DNA of 48,596 bases from Folioceros fuciformis (Eukaryota): NCBI GenBank assembly GCA_049999805.1, contig JBNGIO010004124.1, positions 1 to 48,596 of the forward strand, written 5' to 3'. The position numbers and the translations under genes are program-made. Shown here one piece after another: positions 22,229 through 35,013 of the stretch. The notes beneath the pieces are model-generated. The model made no database searches, was not told the DNA's origin, and saw only the letters and a program-made list of their open reading frames with translations. Within the stretch, counting starts at the first letter, position 1. Each line of letters begins with the position of its first letter.

Positions 22229-25129
22229 ATGCCCTCAGTATGCCAACCAGATCCATTTTCGACCCAACAAATTGGTGAATGTGCAGGGCTTGAACGAGGA
22301 GCCCCGGCCCACCTCACATCAGGGAGTCAAACGCTTGCGGGCTACCGGTGCCGCATTTCCAGGTACCCAGGACTTCCAGGCAAATGGATTGTTGGGGAAG
22401 GTTTTTCTACCGATGGTGGTCGCCAGCACCAGGAGCTTTTGTGGCGACAATTTTTTCAGGACCCTGGCATGTGGTGGGATACCAGGCGAGGTAAGACGAG
22501 CTCTCGCTCGCCTGACTTTCGGTGCAAGGAGTCCCGTGAGGTCCTCTGGTTAAACAACATGTTCAAGCCAGCGTGGGTGGATGAGAAGCTCGTTTCTTTG
22601 AACATGCAGGTGGGTGGTCATTGTGCCTGTCCTTCCAAGTCGAGATCTCCGGCGAAGCCTGAGCCTGGCAGGCGTGCCGGATCGGAAATGGAAGTCGTGA
22701 CGCCTGTAACCATCAGCATGTCGTGTGAGCAGGGAAAGCTTACTGAGGCCATTGGAGCTCTGGAATCTCTGGCACACACAAACACTTCTATTCCTCAGTC
22801 CATCTTTTATACCGTGCTAAAACTTTGTGCATCCAAGAAGGATATGGTTCTGGGACGACGCGTTCATGATCTCATTGTCAAACTTGGGTATGAGTCAGAC
22901 ACATTTTTGGGGAATCATGTCTTGCGGATGTATGCATCCGGAGGTAGGCTTCAGGAAGCCTTGGATGTGTTACACAGGGTGGGTAACCCAAATTCCTTCA
23001 TGTGGTTTTCAATTATCTCCGCACATGCTAAATATGGGGAGCCCCATGAGTCCATACGACTTTACCATGAGATGTGTCGCTCTGGTGTGAAGGCGGATGC
23101 CCACATCTTTGTAGCAGCGCTTCAAGCTTGTGCATTTGCTGTGGACCTGGAATCTGGCAGAAAGGTGCATCATGATGTGTTACACAGTGACATCCCACCT
23201 AACTTGTTTATTGCCAACTGTCTGGTGGACATGTACGCAAAATGTGGTGAACTGGAAGAGGCACGCAGGGTCTTTGACAGCTTAGGTAGAAAGGACGTCG
23301 TGACATGGACAGCCCTCATAGCTGGGTATGCAAATCATGGGCTTGGCCAAGAGGCGCTGGTTCTGTATGGACAAATGGAGCAGGAGGGTGTGATTGTGGG
23401 CAACCATGTTACCTTTGCTTGCCTTCTGAAGGCCTGCGCGAGTGCGGGTGCTCTGCAGAAGGGCAGGCAACTGCACTCACAGATTGCGGAGAGAGGACAA
23501 CTAGATAACACTCTTGTGGGCACTTGCCTGGTGGACATGTATGCAAAGTGTGGCGAATTGGAAGATGCGCATAGAGTTTTTGAATGCCTGAGCTCAAAGG
23601 ATGTGGTGACTTGGAATGCCCTCATTGCTGGGTATGCACAGAAAGGGCTTAGTCAAGAGGCGCTATATTTGTATGGACGAATGCAGCAGGAGGGCCTGAT
23701 TGTAGCTGATGAGGTCACTTTTGCTTGCCTTTTGAAGGCCTGTGCAAGCGTCGGTGCCTTACAGAAGGGCAGGCAGCTGCACTCGCAGATTGTGCAAAGG
23801 GGACATTTGGATAACAAACTTGTGGGCGCTGCTCTAGTGGACCTGTATGCTAAGTGTGGGCAACTGGATGATGCACGCCTCGTTTTTGACAGCTTGGCCA
23901 AGAAGGACGTGGTGACATGGACGGCCCTGATTGCTGGGTATGCACAGCAAGGTCTTGGCCAAGAGGCGTTACTTCTACACGGACAAATGGAGCAGCTGGG
24001 ATTGACTGTGGCTCAGCATGTCACTTTTGCGTGCCTTCTGAAAGCTTGTGCAAGTGCTGGTGCCCTACAGAAGGGAAGGCAGTTGCACTCACAAGTTGTG
24101 GAAAGTGGATCGCTTGATAACGTACTTGTGGGCACTTGCCTGGTGGACATGTATGCAAAATGTGGTGAGCTGCAAGATGCTCGCCGAGTCTTTGATAGCT
24201 TGGCATCAAAGGATGTGGTAACATGGAATGCCCTGATAGCTGGGTTTGGTACTTGTGATGAAGGACACAATGCACTGGCTTGTTTCGATGACATGCTTGC
24301 TGCTGGTATTCAGCCCGATGATGTTACGTTCACTTGCCTTCTAGGAGCATGTAGTCACGAGGGACTGGTGAATGAGGGTTGCAAGCTCTTCGATTCCATG
24401 GTTCAACAGCATGGCATCAAACCCACCATTGAGCACTACAATTGCATGGTTGATCTTCTCGGGCGTGCTGGTCGTTTAAATGAGGCAGAGAACATGCTCT
24501 TATCATGTGAGAGCCAAAGCAATGTCATCGGGTTGACGTCTCTGCTGAATGCCTGCAAAAGTCATGGGGATATGGAGAGGGGAGCACGGTGTTTCGAAAG
24601 TCTTGTTCGGCTACAGCCTCAGAGCGCATCCGCATATGTGCTCATGGCCAATGCCTATGCAGATGCGGGCAGGTGGACTGATGTGGAGAGGGTTGAAACA
24701 CAGAGAAAGGCAGCAGGAGCCAACAAGAAACCTGCAGTGGCAGGCATTGAAGTGAAGAAGCAAATACACACCTTCATGGTTGGGGGTAACAGAGACGATC
24801 TGGCATTCAAGGTAGAGAGCACGAATGCACGTCTGAAGCAGCAAGGGGGCCATGTACCACACACGAAGTTGGTGTTGAAGCCACTGTCGGAAAAGGAAAA
24901 GGAAGACGTGCTTTGCGGGCATGCTGAGAAGCTAGCTTTGGCGTTTGGTCTCTTGAACACTCCAAGTGGCACACCCCTGGTTGTAACGAAGAATCTACGC
25001 ATGTGCAGTGACTGCCACAGCTCCACAGAGATTATGTCAAGGGTTGAAAAGAGGGACATTGTGGTAAGGGATGGGTACCGAGTGCATCGGTTTGCTGCTG
25101 GTTTTTGCAGCTGTAAGAGTCGACAATGA
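22229..25129 (+). CDS. PLS-class PPR protein with KP-type DYW domain and N-terminal PDF (OSB-like) motif; paralog 2
   Basis: Colinear with paralog 1 from the first Met, with one PLS triplet fewer. Contains KKPAVAGIEV, GHAEKLA and CSDCH, and ends CSCKSRQ*. Confidence 0.93.
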   Translation: MPSVCQPDPFSTQQIGECAGLERGAPAHLTSGSQTLAGYRCRISRYPGLPGKWIVGEGFSTDGGRQHQELLWRQFFQDPGMWWDTRRGKTSSRSPDFRCKESREVLWLNNMFKPAWVDEKLVSLNMQVGGHCACPSKSRSPAKPEPGRRAGSEMEVVTPVTISMSCEQGKLTEAIGALESLAHTNTSIPQSIFYTVLKLCASKKDMVLGRRVHDLIVKLGYESDTFLGNHVLRMYASGGRLQEALDVLHRVGNPNSFMWFSIISAHAKYGEPHESIRLYHEMCRSGVKADAHIFVAALQACAFAVDLESGRKVHHDVLHSDIPPNLFIANCLVDMYAKCGELEEARRVFDSLGRKDVVTWTALIAGYANHGLGQEALVLYGQMEQEGVIVGNHVTFACLLKACASAGALQKGRQLHSQIAERGQLDNTLVGTCLVDMYAKCGELEDAHRVFECLSSKDVVTWNALIAGYAQKGLSQEALYLYGRMQQEGLIVADEVTFACLLKACASVGALQKGRQLHSQIVQRGHLDNKLVGAALVDLYAKCGQLDDARLVFDSLAKKDVVTWTALIAGYAQQGLGQEALLLHGQMEQLGLTVAQHVTFACLLKACASAGALQKGRQLHSQVVESGSLDNVLVGTCLVDMYAKCGELQDARRVFDSLASKDVVTWNALIAGFGTCDEGHNALACFDDMLAAGIQPDDVTFTCLLGACSHEGLVNEGCKLFDSMVQQHGIKPTIEHYNCMVDLLGRAGRLNEAENMLLSCESQSNVIGLTSLLNACKSHGDMERGARCFESLVRLQPQSASAYVLMANAYADAGRWTDVERVETQRKAAGANKKPAVAGIEVKKQIHTFMVGGNRDDLAFKVESTNARLKQQGGHVPHTKLVLKPLSEKEKEDVLCGHAEKLALAFGLLNTPSGTPLVVTKNLRMCSDCHSSTEIMSRVEKRDIVVRDGYRVHRFAAGFCSCKSRQ

Positions 25130-25894
25130 GAAGAACATGGGCAGGGGCCACTGATCGGATAGCTACAAGATTAATTGGAGTCTCATGAGACCGAGTAAGA
25201 GCACCAGGATCCCATAGCAGTTCAGCTCTTGTCGGGATACCCAGCAAGCAAGTACTAGGAACTCGGAGTGACCAGGCAAGTGCTAGGGTCCCCAGCAAGC
25301 AAGTGCGAGGGTCCCACTGTGCTGAGAACGAGCAGACCAGTGCCAGGATCCTATCCCAGAGAGAGCCGAGCTGGGATCCCCATCCCAGTATTGATCTGTA
25401 GAAGAGCTTTGAATAGCTATTTCTACTTATCTGCCCACAACATCCCAATTGTTTTCCGGGTTCACTGTCATAAGGTTGTCGCACTTAGAATCCACCAACG
25501 TACGGAGACGTTACTCTTGATAAGTGTATTAGCAGTTCTATCCAGTTGCTGTGTAATGTATTCCTTAATTCCATCGTCGAGTGATGGCTTGACGAATGAA
25601 AGCTAGAATGCAAACCTGGTTGGGGATGCTTCTGACGACATCTTTCGGAGACCATCGTCTCCGCAATGCGCCTACTTATAAGCAACACCAAAGGTATAAC
25701 TAAGACGTCTGGGATGCGTATGCGTTCGTTCAAGGCAATGCCGAAGAACCTTTGTTTTTTCAGGTTCGCACCAACTAGCGTTTCAAAACATAAGATACCA
25801 GAACGTTTGACCCTTTGGCGTCAAACCGCCCTAAGCACGTACGCTCTCTAGAGCAGTCGTCTCCAAATCGTCAGGCGTGTAGGGGATCCTTCTT

Positions 25895-28800
25895 ATGGCT
25901 CAACGCAATAGCAAGTATGATCGGCAGCTGAGGTATGGCGCATTCTTTGTACCTCTCATTGTTCACAGTATGGGAGCTGGAACCACCGCCTCACCATTCT
26001 GGAAGTACAGAATATGGGGGGAACATGGACAAGCTGCACTGGAGAGGGCAAGTGTATGCGTTATCAATTCTGGGCCTACGGGGTCAGAAGCTTTGAAGAA
26101 CTTAGTTCTGGGAGGGATTGGAAGCTTCACGATCATCGACGCGGCTCTAGTCGAAGAATCGGACCTCGGCAACAATTATCTCGGTTTGTTGTCTCGGTGC
26201 ATCCAGCACGTTCACGCCTTCCTCGTCAGAATCTCCCATGCTAAGTAAGCTCCTAGTTTGAATTGTTGGAACGTCGTGGCAGTTGACTGGGACAGCCTTG
26301 GTCAGTCCAGGGCGAAGTGTGTGAGCCGTCTTCTTCGAGAGCTCAATGAATCAGTCGAAGCGAAGTATGTGGAGGAAACTGCCGAATCTCTGTTGGATTC
26401 CGACCCCAGCTTTTTCGCTCAGTTCACCATTGTGATTGCTACGCAGGTACGACTCTCCAATTTCTGGCCAAATTCAGCATGTATTTCTGCCTTAGAAGTG
26501 CATCAGCAGGGAATCGTATCACTTTTGAAACTTGTCCTGTTTTCAGATGCAGGAAAGTGCTCTGGTGGTGTTGGACGATGTATGCAGGCTGCATAATGTG
26601 ATGCTCATTGTCGCACGGTCTTATGGGCTGGCCGGCCTTATTCGAATCAGTACAAGGGTATTCATTCGGCCCCGTGTGTACATTGTTCCCTGGCAACCTC
26701 TGCACCTGGCATGCTGATTGAGAACTCCACCCTTCTGCCGTTGTCTTTTTTATTTTCTTTTTATTTTTTTTGTTGCAGGAGCATGATGTAGTGGAATCCA
26801 AACCAGATAATATAGTTGATGATCTACGACTTCACAACCCGTGGCCCGAATTGAAACGGTGAGTATTATGGTTTCAGTATGACATTCCTGTTTGTACCTG
26901 AACCCCATACGGTATATGCTATTTATGCTGGTATTAGGGTGGTTTACGTCAAGAAAAACTGTCTTGTTTCTAAGGCCCGCACCGAGTCACTGGCTTTCTG
27001 AACTGTTAGGCCTTTCTGTATATGGACCTGGATCTGTTGTTGGATAGTTGTTCTAGTTCCAGTTTCTCAGAGTTCTAGGTCCCTCCTGCTATGAATGTTC
27101 ACTATCAGATGCCGTATGACATGGTCTGCTGTCAAATCCAACGCTTTCGAGGATTGTTAACTTACTTTCTATCGTTCTGCAGGTACGTGGATCAGTTCGA
27201 TATAGATACAAAGGACCCTCTGATGCATAGGCATATTCCATTTGCAGTCCTCCTAGTCAAGGCAGCCGAAGAATGGAAAGCTACTCATGGTGACCTGCTT
27301 CCATCCACCGACAAAGAGAGAAAAGAGTTTAAGGTGCGGTTCCCTCCTATTTCTGGGGTCAAGATATCCAGGCCAAACTGCTCTTTGAGGTGTTGGCTTG
27401 CCAATAACTATTACTTTGAGAGAGTAGGCTGCTGGTCGGGCATCGTTTGGGGATTCCCTCAAGAGTATGGGATAGTTTTCCTGTCAGGAATCTGATGTGG
27501 TGTTTGTAGAGTGCATTGTCTGCAAGGAAGCTGTCCGATGATGAAGAAAACTATAGGGAGGCTTTGCAATCTGCTTTCAAAGTTTGGTCTCCTCCTAAAA
27601 TCAGTAAGTAATGGTCACTGACTGGTTGTGAGTCGTATAGCACTTTATTCCAGGCTGCTAACACTCAGGCTAATTCAGGTTCTGAGCTTCGAGTGTTGCT
27701 AGACGATAAAGCTGTGGAAGTGACTTCAATTTCCTCTGACTTCTGGGTGATAGTCCGAGCATTAAAGGTATTTTCTCGTGGTAGGTGGAAAGCTTCAAAC
27801 AAATGCCACATTTACAGCAGCGAGCATCTCCGGGACGTTCCTTATTTTGCTGTTACTCTGACTTGGTCATCTACAGTTATTCGTTGATAATGAGGGACAA
27901 GGAGATCTGCCCATGGACGGGGGAATACCTGACATGCATTCATACACAGGGTAAGAGGGATGCGGAAGAGTTGTCATTCTTTCAGGAAAGCTTCATCTAT
28001 GTATGGACTCAGTATGTTTCTGCTATCCCAGGTACTATGTGGAGCTGCAAAATATATATCAATCTCGTGCTGAGGCCAATGTGTCGGCCGTTGAAAGTTA
28101 TGTTCGAAAAATTCTAAGAAACATAGGACGGGATCCATCTTCAATTCCACGAAGCAGTATCAAGCAGGCTTGCAAGAACTCACGAAATTTGAGGGTATTC
28201 TCGTTGTCGTTTTGGTAGCACCAATTTATTAATTTGACTTGTAGCTGTGACATGTCCTGCTTCCACACTGAAACCCTTTATCATGGCTGGTGCAGGTCCT
28301 CAGATACCCCACGCTTGCAGATGAGTTCAGCTCTGGTGCTTGTGGTGGGGTACAGAGGCTCATGAATGAAGACAGCAGGTATGGACTTTGTTTAGCATTG
28401 AATGTGGTTTACCAATTAGTGCGTTGTCACAGCAGGCTCAAAAAGCGTCATTTTTAATTGATATGAACATCTTTGGTTCAGCAATGCTGCCCTCTACATT
28501 CTACTTCGAGCTGTCGATCACTTTGCGAGGACCTACAACCGATTTCCAGGAGCCGTTGATCAGTAAGCAGTCATTGACCGCATACTTGAGCAAATGTGAT
28601 CCGCTGGCAGTTGTTCTAACTTTGGTTGTTTTCCCACGTAAAGACAACTGGACAATGACGTTGAGACCCTACGGCTGGTCGCCCTTAGACTTTTGAGTGA
28701 AATGGGACTTGTCGGAGCTACGGTATCTGAAGACTATGTGTCGGAATTCTGTCGCTTTGGAGCAGGAGAACTTCACTGTGTGGCATCCGTAATTGGTGGC

Positions 28801-28985
28801 ATTGCGGCACAAGAGGCTATCAAAGTAAGCTCCTGGTTGTGCGTTTATAGTAGCGTTGATAGCACATCTGCCAGTGGTGCTTAATTTTGTCCTGGTTGCA
28901 GCTTTTGACAGGGCAGTTCACCCCGTTACTGGGTACGCTTGTTTATAATGCCATCACTTCCACATCCTCAGTCTTGAAAATTTAA
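25895..28985 (+). CDS. AXR1: NEDD8/RUB-activating enzyme E1 regulatory subunit (APP-BP1/NAE1), multi-exon
   Basis: [77 protein letters not shown] and [27 protein letters not shown]. Ends TSSVLKI* (TAA 28983-28985). Confidence 0.95.
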
Positions 28986-29578
28986 GCATTGCCGTGACAG
29001 CCTTGAACATCGGGTATTCAAGGGGCTGGTGGTGCCGTTCAGGTCGGTTCCTGCACGCCTGAATGCTGCAGACTTCACTTGCTTTGACGGTCCTAAGCGG
29101 TGACGCAAACATGCAGGTCTTGCACTGAAGAGGGGCGAATCAACGAACCACGAGACGTCGATGCCATTTAACTTGACGGAAATGTAGTATGTTCTTAGTA
29201 CCTTATTGGTAGAAGGTTCTCCATGGCTCATGCATGGGAAACGGTCGTGGTGGGCCTGGCCCGGCTAATGCGCAGGTCTGTATGAACGGGCATGGTGGGA
29301 ATTGGCGCTCCCTCAAGTCCGCCCTAGTGGAGTTGAAGCAGTGAGTAGGAGCATGTGAATCGGGCTGCTGGTTCGATTGCCAGCACCATCGATGCGCATC
29401 ACATGAGCACTTTTCCGTTCTTGTTACCAGCCAGTGCGCCGCATCACTCCTTCACATACCTCATGTGTGCCAGCTCTAGTGTATGAGATGCTCGCCAGCA
29501 AGAGCAGTGAGGGGCTGCCGCTGCGGTGAATTCCTCACGCGCTAGCCATCATCTGCTCGTCCCCTGCTTGCCTCAGTC

Positions 29579-31581
29579 ATGGCGACGAGGGATGAAACAT
29601 ACCCGGACTCACCAGTGCGTTCCTCCGCCCTGTTGTATTCTTGATGTGGTATTTGGTGTCTTCGTGGTGTGTCTTGCTTTACACAGCAATTAAGCAGGTC
29701 ATAGCGGCTTCCTTTGTCTCAGAGGGCCTTCGTCGGTTGCTGCGGGTGCATTGGAGGACCGTGGCCAAGAAAGCCTGCATCAAATGCTCAAACCGGCCAG
29801 CCGGCATCGTCGGGAGCCACACAGGAATGGAACGTTGGGTCACCATCCTTCTTAGTCCCACCGTCGTCCCCTGTTTCGCTAGAGACCTCGGCTGTACTAA
29901 CGCCATCAAACCACTCAGCCTCGCCGCTGGATGACGAAGATTTGGACTTAGGTTTCTTCACCAAAGAGCACAGAGCCAGTTTTGTAGACGATGAAGTCGA
30001 CGTCGGTGCCCCAAGTAGACTTCAATTGACCATCGTGAGCCCACCTTCACTTCCAACATTCGGTGGCGCGCCCGCCGGAACAGTGGATTTACTGTCGTCT
30101 GAAGAAGAATTACCAGACCCTGCCAGAAGTCCTGGCTTTGCTCCGTTCCCACGCCAAGACTTGTTTGGACGTTTGGAAGGTAATGGCAAAAGAGATGCCC
30201 GTCTCGAAACCGGCAAACGAGTTCTGTTCTCCGTACGCAACCTAATTCATCCGCACGGTGTCCATTTGGCTACAGGATCTGGCAATCACGAGCATGAAAT
30301 TCCAGGGGCATTACAGCCTGATGACTGCACCGACGACAGGGGTTTCGCGTCTGAAGGCAGCGATGACAGAGTTTCTGAAATTCCCAGACAAGCTTTTCCA
30401 GCAGCCGAAGCCGAGAGCTTGGGGAATGCTAGGGACCAATATCGTTCAGTTGTTCCAACGTTGGCCAAACCCGAACAGTTCCACATGCAGAAGGCGAGGC
30501 AGGAAGAGTTGGACGAGGAGGTGGCCGAAGCGGAAAGGTCGAGGCCGATTGAGAGTACCTTGGAGGACGAACTCCATCCAGTTATCCCAATGTTAGCAAC
30601 ACCCGAGCAGTTCCACATACAGAGGGCAAGGCAGAAAGCGTTGGAAGAAAGCGAAAGAGCGAAGCAGATCGAAGACGCGAAAGCCAAGGCAGAAACTCGG
30701 ATTCTGGTCCCTGCTTTGGCTTCACCCGAGGAGGTCCGACGAAAGCAGGCCAAGCAGAAGGAGCTGGAAAAGGCGGAGGCGGAGGAATTGCAGGAGCGCG
30801 CTGAAGCGAGGCAGAAGGAGTCTCAGGTGGTTATTCCCAAGTTGGAACCTCCGAGAAGTAGCCTCGATGACAAGAAAACATCCGATCCTAGACAACACGT
30901 GGCAAGTGATCCAATGTTGACCATTCCCGTGCCTCCCCTCGCAAGGCCTGAGGAGAGCAATGAGGATAGGATCTGGAAGGGAGAGCATGGTGAAGCTGGG
31001 CAAAGCCCCAGGTATGTTGAGCTTGTGTCTCGGGTTGAGCAGCTTTCCTTGGATCTGGAGACCTCCAAATCCAGAGAGCAAAAATCTAGACTGCTTCTGG
31101 AATGGTCTGAATTGAGAGTAAGTACCTTTTCCGTGCAACGTTTCTTAGTGCTGGTGTCGTATAGTGGAAACAAGTTTCAACCTTTTAAGGCTAGCGGTTC
31201 CAATCACCCCCCGCTCTCCCCACCATTGTAGAGCCACAACCCCATGGAATCCTAGGGTGACAATACTAATTTAGAATCTGGCATTGGTCATCCGTGGACA
31301 GCAGGATTTGCTCCATGCAGACTGACTCAGATGTGATCGACTTGCAGGCCAACAGCCTGGAAGGACACGTTGCAGGACTTTCCGAGGAGCTGACACAACA
31401 GCAAGCTCTTTACTTGGACCTGCAAGCCCGACACCTCAGTCACATGGGGATCACTCTGCCGGGCCCCGAGTTTTCTTCAACGAGTTTCCCTTCCGAAGAA
31501 ACCAGCACTCCGGAAAACTCTGCGCCTTCTGCTGTCCTCACTGAGAGGCTCCTGCGGGATCAGACTTTCTCAAACATGTGA
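29579..31581 (+). CDS. Uncharacterised protein with internal P-x-LA-x-PE repeats and C-terminal coiled coil; probable exons 29579-29614, 29723-31117, 31348-31581
   Basis: 505-codon open frame. A GTAAGT donor at 31118 and a TTGCAG acceptor at 31347 join in frame to ORF 31294-31581. The first exon is inferred from ATG 29579 and GT/AG sites. Confidence 0.65.
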
Positions 31582-31716
31582 GCCATACACATGAACGTGG
31601 GCCACCCCACGATTTAAAATGTATTCTACGAAATACCGACGTGCTTTCAGTTACAAGGGCATTTGTGAATTGGAATAACAAACATACTAACGGCAACCCA
31701 TGAATAAGAAGGAGCT

Positions 31717-33405
31717 TCAGACATCGGTAGTCGACTGGTTCGCAGGCAGTGGGGCTGTTGAGTTGCCGTCGGTCTCGCCGGGGTGAGAGCCTCCTTTGGC
31801 GCCGCGGGTATGGTTGATTGCTAGCAGAGCCCAATCATCCAAATGGAGGGCGATGAAAGTCCCTATCCCTCCTATCAAGCCGTAAGCAATGGAGTACGTG
31901 AGTGGCATGAGTATGATGGTAATGAAGGCGGGAATGCCTTCCTTGAGGTTGTCCCAGTCGATCTCCACCACAGACTTCATCATCAGCACTCCCACCAACA
32001 GCAGGGCAGGACCCACAGCCCATGGAGGGATGGAAGCAAGCAATGGCGTGAGGAAGAGCGCCAGACAGAAATAGAAGGCAACAGTGAGAGCGGTGAGGCC
32101 GGTGCGGCCTCCCTCTCGGATGCCCGTGGCAGACTCGATGAATGTGGTCACAGGAGAGGTGCCGAGCGACGCGCCTATCACAATAGCTGTGGCGTCGCTC
32201 ATGAAGGCGAAGTACTGGCCCTCAAAGTTGCCCATCTCGTCCACGAAGCCTGCGAATTTGGCCATGGAGTAGAGGGAGCCGGTTGCATCTAGAAGATCAA
32301 TGTAGAGGAAGGTGACCAAGGCTACCCAAAACTCGCTCCTCCCTATGTCATGGAAGCTCAAGGCACCGGCAGTGTGCTCGATCTTGTGCACCTGCACCAC
32401 CTTCTTGAAGTAAGCATAGGCAGCATCTCCGGCCTCAGTCTCGGGAAAGTAGGTGACCTTGGTGTGGCGGAACCAGGAAACTACTGTGACAAACAAGATG
32501 CCATAAATCATAGCGCCCTTGATGTTGTAGATAAGCGTGTAAGCAATGAGGAGAAAGCCCACCACCGCCAGCCAGAAGGTCGGGTCTTCCATGGTGTTCC
32601 TCTCGCACATGATGGCTGAGGTGACCACTCCCCCAGGCATGAGCGCCACCGTGCCGTTGACAGTGATGACGGGAGCCAGCTGCAGCCTGTCCTCGCGAGG
32701 ACACGCGCCCAAGGTGACGAGAGTGGAGCCGCTGCTGGCAACGAGCCCCACGCCCTCGCTGGACTGCAGTCCGATGAAGGCTAGGAAAAGGCCAATCCCT
32801 GCGGACGTGGACATCCGCACGGGCTTTGGGATGAGCTTGGCCAGCTTGGTTCGAAAGCCAAGCCCGGCGATGATGAGGAAGAGGAAGCCTTCCACGAAGA
32901 CGGCAGCGAGGGCGCTCTTGTAGGACAGGCTCCCGGAGCCGTGGAATCCCACCACGGTGTAGGCGAAATACGCGTTGGTGCCCATCCCAGGAGCCAGTGC
33001 CAGCGGCAAGTTGGCGAAGACTCCCATGATAAGGCACCCGATGAGGCTGGCGGCTGCAGTGGCCACGATGAGGTCCTTCTTCACGGCCGTCAGGCAGTCG
33101 GCATAGCCCACATCCACGGGCGGGAACTTACAACCGGGCCCCGGGAGCTGTCCCGGGGGAAGCTGCGAACCGTCGGCGAAGAAGCCGGTGCAGTCAGCCA
33201 CACTGCAGGTGCCGCCGGAATCCGTCAGGATGCTAGCGTTCACAGCCAGTATATAGGCCATGGTGAGGAAGGTGGCCGTGCCGGCTCGCAACTCGCGGGT
33301 GAGGTAGGTGCCCCGTTGCTCTAGCTTGAAATGCTTGCCGACGATGCTCCGGTTCACGGCGGCGTTCACGGATTTGAGCAGGGAGTCCCATCTCCCTCCG
33401 GCCAT
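31717..33405 (-). CDS. AZG1: Adenine/guanine permease (AzgA/NCS2 family), AZG1-like, intronless
   Basis: [75 protein letters not shown] and [14 protein letters not shown]. First in-frame ATG at 33405. Confidence 0.93.
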   Translation of the reverse strand: MAGGRWDSLLKSVNAAVNRSIVGKHFKLEQRGTYLTRELRAGTATFLTMAYILAVNASILTDSGGTCSVADCTGFFADGSQLPPGQLPGPGCKFPPVDVGYADCLTAVKKDLIVATAAASLIGCLIMGVFANLPLALAPGMGTNAYFAYTVVGFHGSGSLSYKSALAAVFVEGFLFLIIAGLGFRTKLAKLIPKPVRMSTSAGIGLFLAFIGLQSSEGVGLVASSGSTLVTLGACPREDRLQLAPVITVNGTVALMPGGVVTSAIMCERNTMEDPTFWLAVVGFLLIAYTLIYNIKGAMIYGILFVTVVSWFRHTKVTYFPETEAGDAAYAYFKKVVQVHKIEHTAGALSFHDIGRSEFWVALVTFLYIDLLDATGSLYSMAKFAGFVDEMGNFEGQYFAFMSDATAIVIGASLGTSPVTTFIESATGIREGGRTGLTALTVAFYFCLALFLTPLLASIPPWAVGPALLLVGVLMMKSVVEIDWDNLKEGIPAFITIILMPLTYSIAYGLIGGIGTFIALHLDDWALLAINHTRGAKGGSHPGETDGNSTAPLPANQSTTDV

Positions 33406-33829
33406 CCAAAGCTGCGTCCTCGTCGTCGTGCCACACGGCAGCTTGCGCGTCACAGGGCCGAGGGCTATGCTCTTCTATGCATGCGCTGCTTGTTCCATGC
33501 ATCCCTCTCCCGACCCAACACCATGCCCTTCTCTTCTAGCACGTAGAGTCGCAAACCATTTGAAAGCCATATGCACTTCGACAGGGGTAACCCGCAGTTC
33601 TCTCTAAATGATTCTGTTTTGGCGCGTTCGTGTGACTCGCTTGGATGATTGCGGCTGGTTGACTGAGCACATCTTATCGACCAACCAAACTTCAGCCACC
33701 CTGAGGACAGCTGGAATTTCCAGGAGACAGGAGCTCGCTGTTTCCATTCTCTCTTAGCCTGTTCTCTCCCTCTTTCCCTGGTTGTGTCCTTATTCTCTTC
33801 GGTGAATTTTACAAGAATCTAGGTTTGGA

Positions 33830-34450
33830 CTCGACTCTGTGTTTAACACGGCTACAGTAGTAACACCCTTTTTCCACCAATGTGGGGCAACGTGCTGGTA
33901 GAATCTACCAGCGCGTAGAGGTCTATCTATCTCTCGCAGAAATTGACGTATCAAAGGACCCATATTATTTACCAAGTTCATGCAATGTCACAACAATTAT
34001 ATCATCCTCCGTCACTTCTGAATCTATCATAGCAAGTTGATTTGCTAACATCTTCACCTCAGTTATGTACACAAGTATGTTTCTACTACCTTGTGACACA
34101 TTGTTGAACTACTACTTTAATTGCATCTTCCTTGTATGTGTGACATTCCCATTGTTCTTTATGAGTATATCCCATGCATCCTTCAACAACTTACATCCCG
34201 TGATCCATAGGACTATAACATCTTAAACGCTTAGTGAGAACCACCGTAAGACTTTACATGCTCTCTCTCTGTCCATAGCTTATAAGCTCTCCGTCACTAT
34301 TGTGATGGATTTCTACTTATTTCAGGTTTCATCTCATCACCTATACAAAGGTCCCCAATGCATCCTAAACTTCCACAAGGCAAAATTCTTGTTGTCTAGC
34401 TTCTCTCCAACAATTTGAGAAATGTTCTCCAATCCCTATGTGTTTGCCAT
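33830..34450 (-). mobile_element. Highly decayed Ty1/copia gag fragment
   Basis: Manual minus-strand translation gives KLDNKNFALWKFRM, YITEVKMLANQLAMIDSEVTEDDIIVVTL and a knuckle remnant CYYCSRVKH, with many stops and frameshifts. Confidence 0.7.
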
Positions 34451-35013
34451 ATCTTAGGCTTCCTTCTTAACCAGCACTTTTACTTGTAGTGTCTTTTCAA
34501 CTACTTCACTCTCAACACTCCAATATATCCTTGCTATCTTGAGTTTTTGTGCACCTGAACTGGATACCGAATATCCAACTAGATTCACTCCTTACAATCC
34601 TCATGTGCCTTGCTCTCACGGACTGCTCCTCTAGCAAACGCCCTTAGTGCCTCCTTAGCATGTCCTTCCTCCAAAATTACTACAAGACTTGATTGACAAT
34701 CGTACTGCTTCTACCTGCCCGTGCTCACACACCCCCTTATGCAATTCCTAGACACACACTTGCAACACCTAGCAAGAAAATTTGCTTGGGCAAGCTTCTA
34801 TAGGTCATCAATCCTCCCTACATTCCTCACCCAATGCTTGTTGTGTTTGGTGCCACTTCCTACAATCACTACTGTTGTCTGCAACTATCTTGGCAACTTC
34901 TTACGCTCAATTTGGCAGTGCCTTGCAGCCCTCCTAGCCAAACTCACTAGAGCATGCCTCAAGCAGTTCTTATCTACTAAGTCTCCTAAAGCATCTCTAG
35001 GCCACATAGTCTC

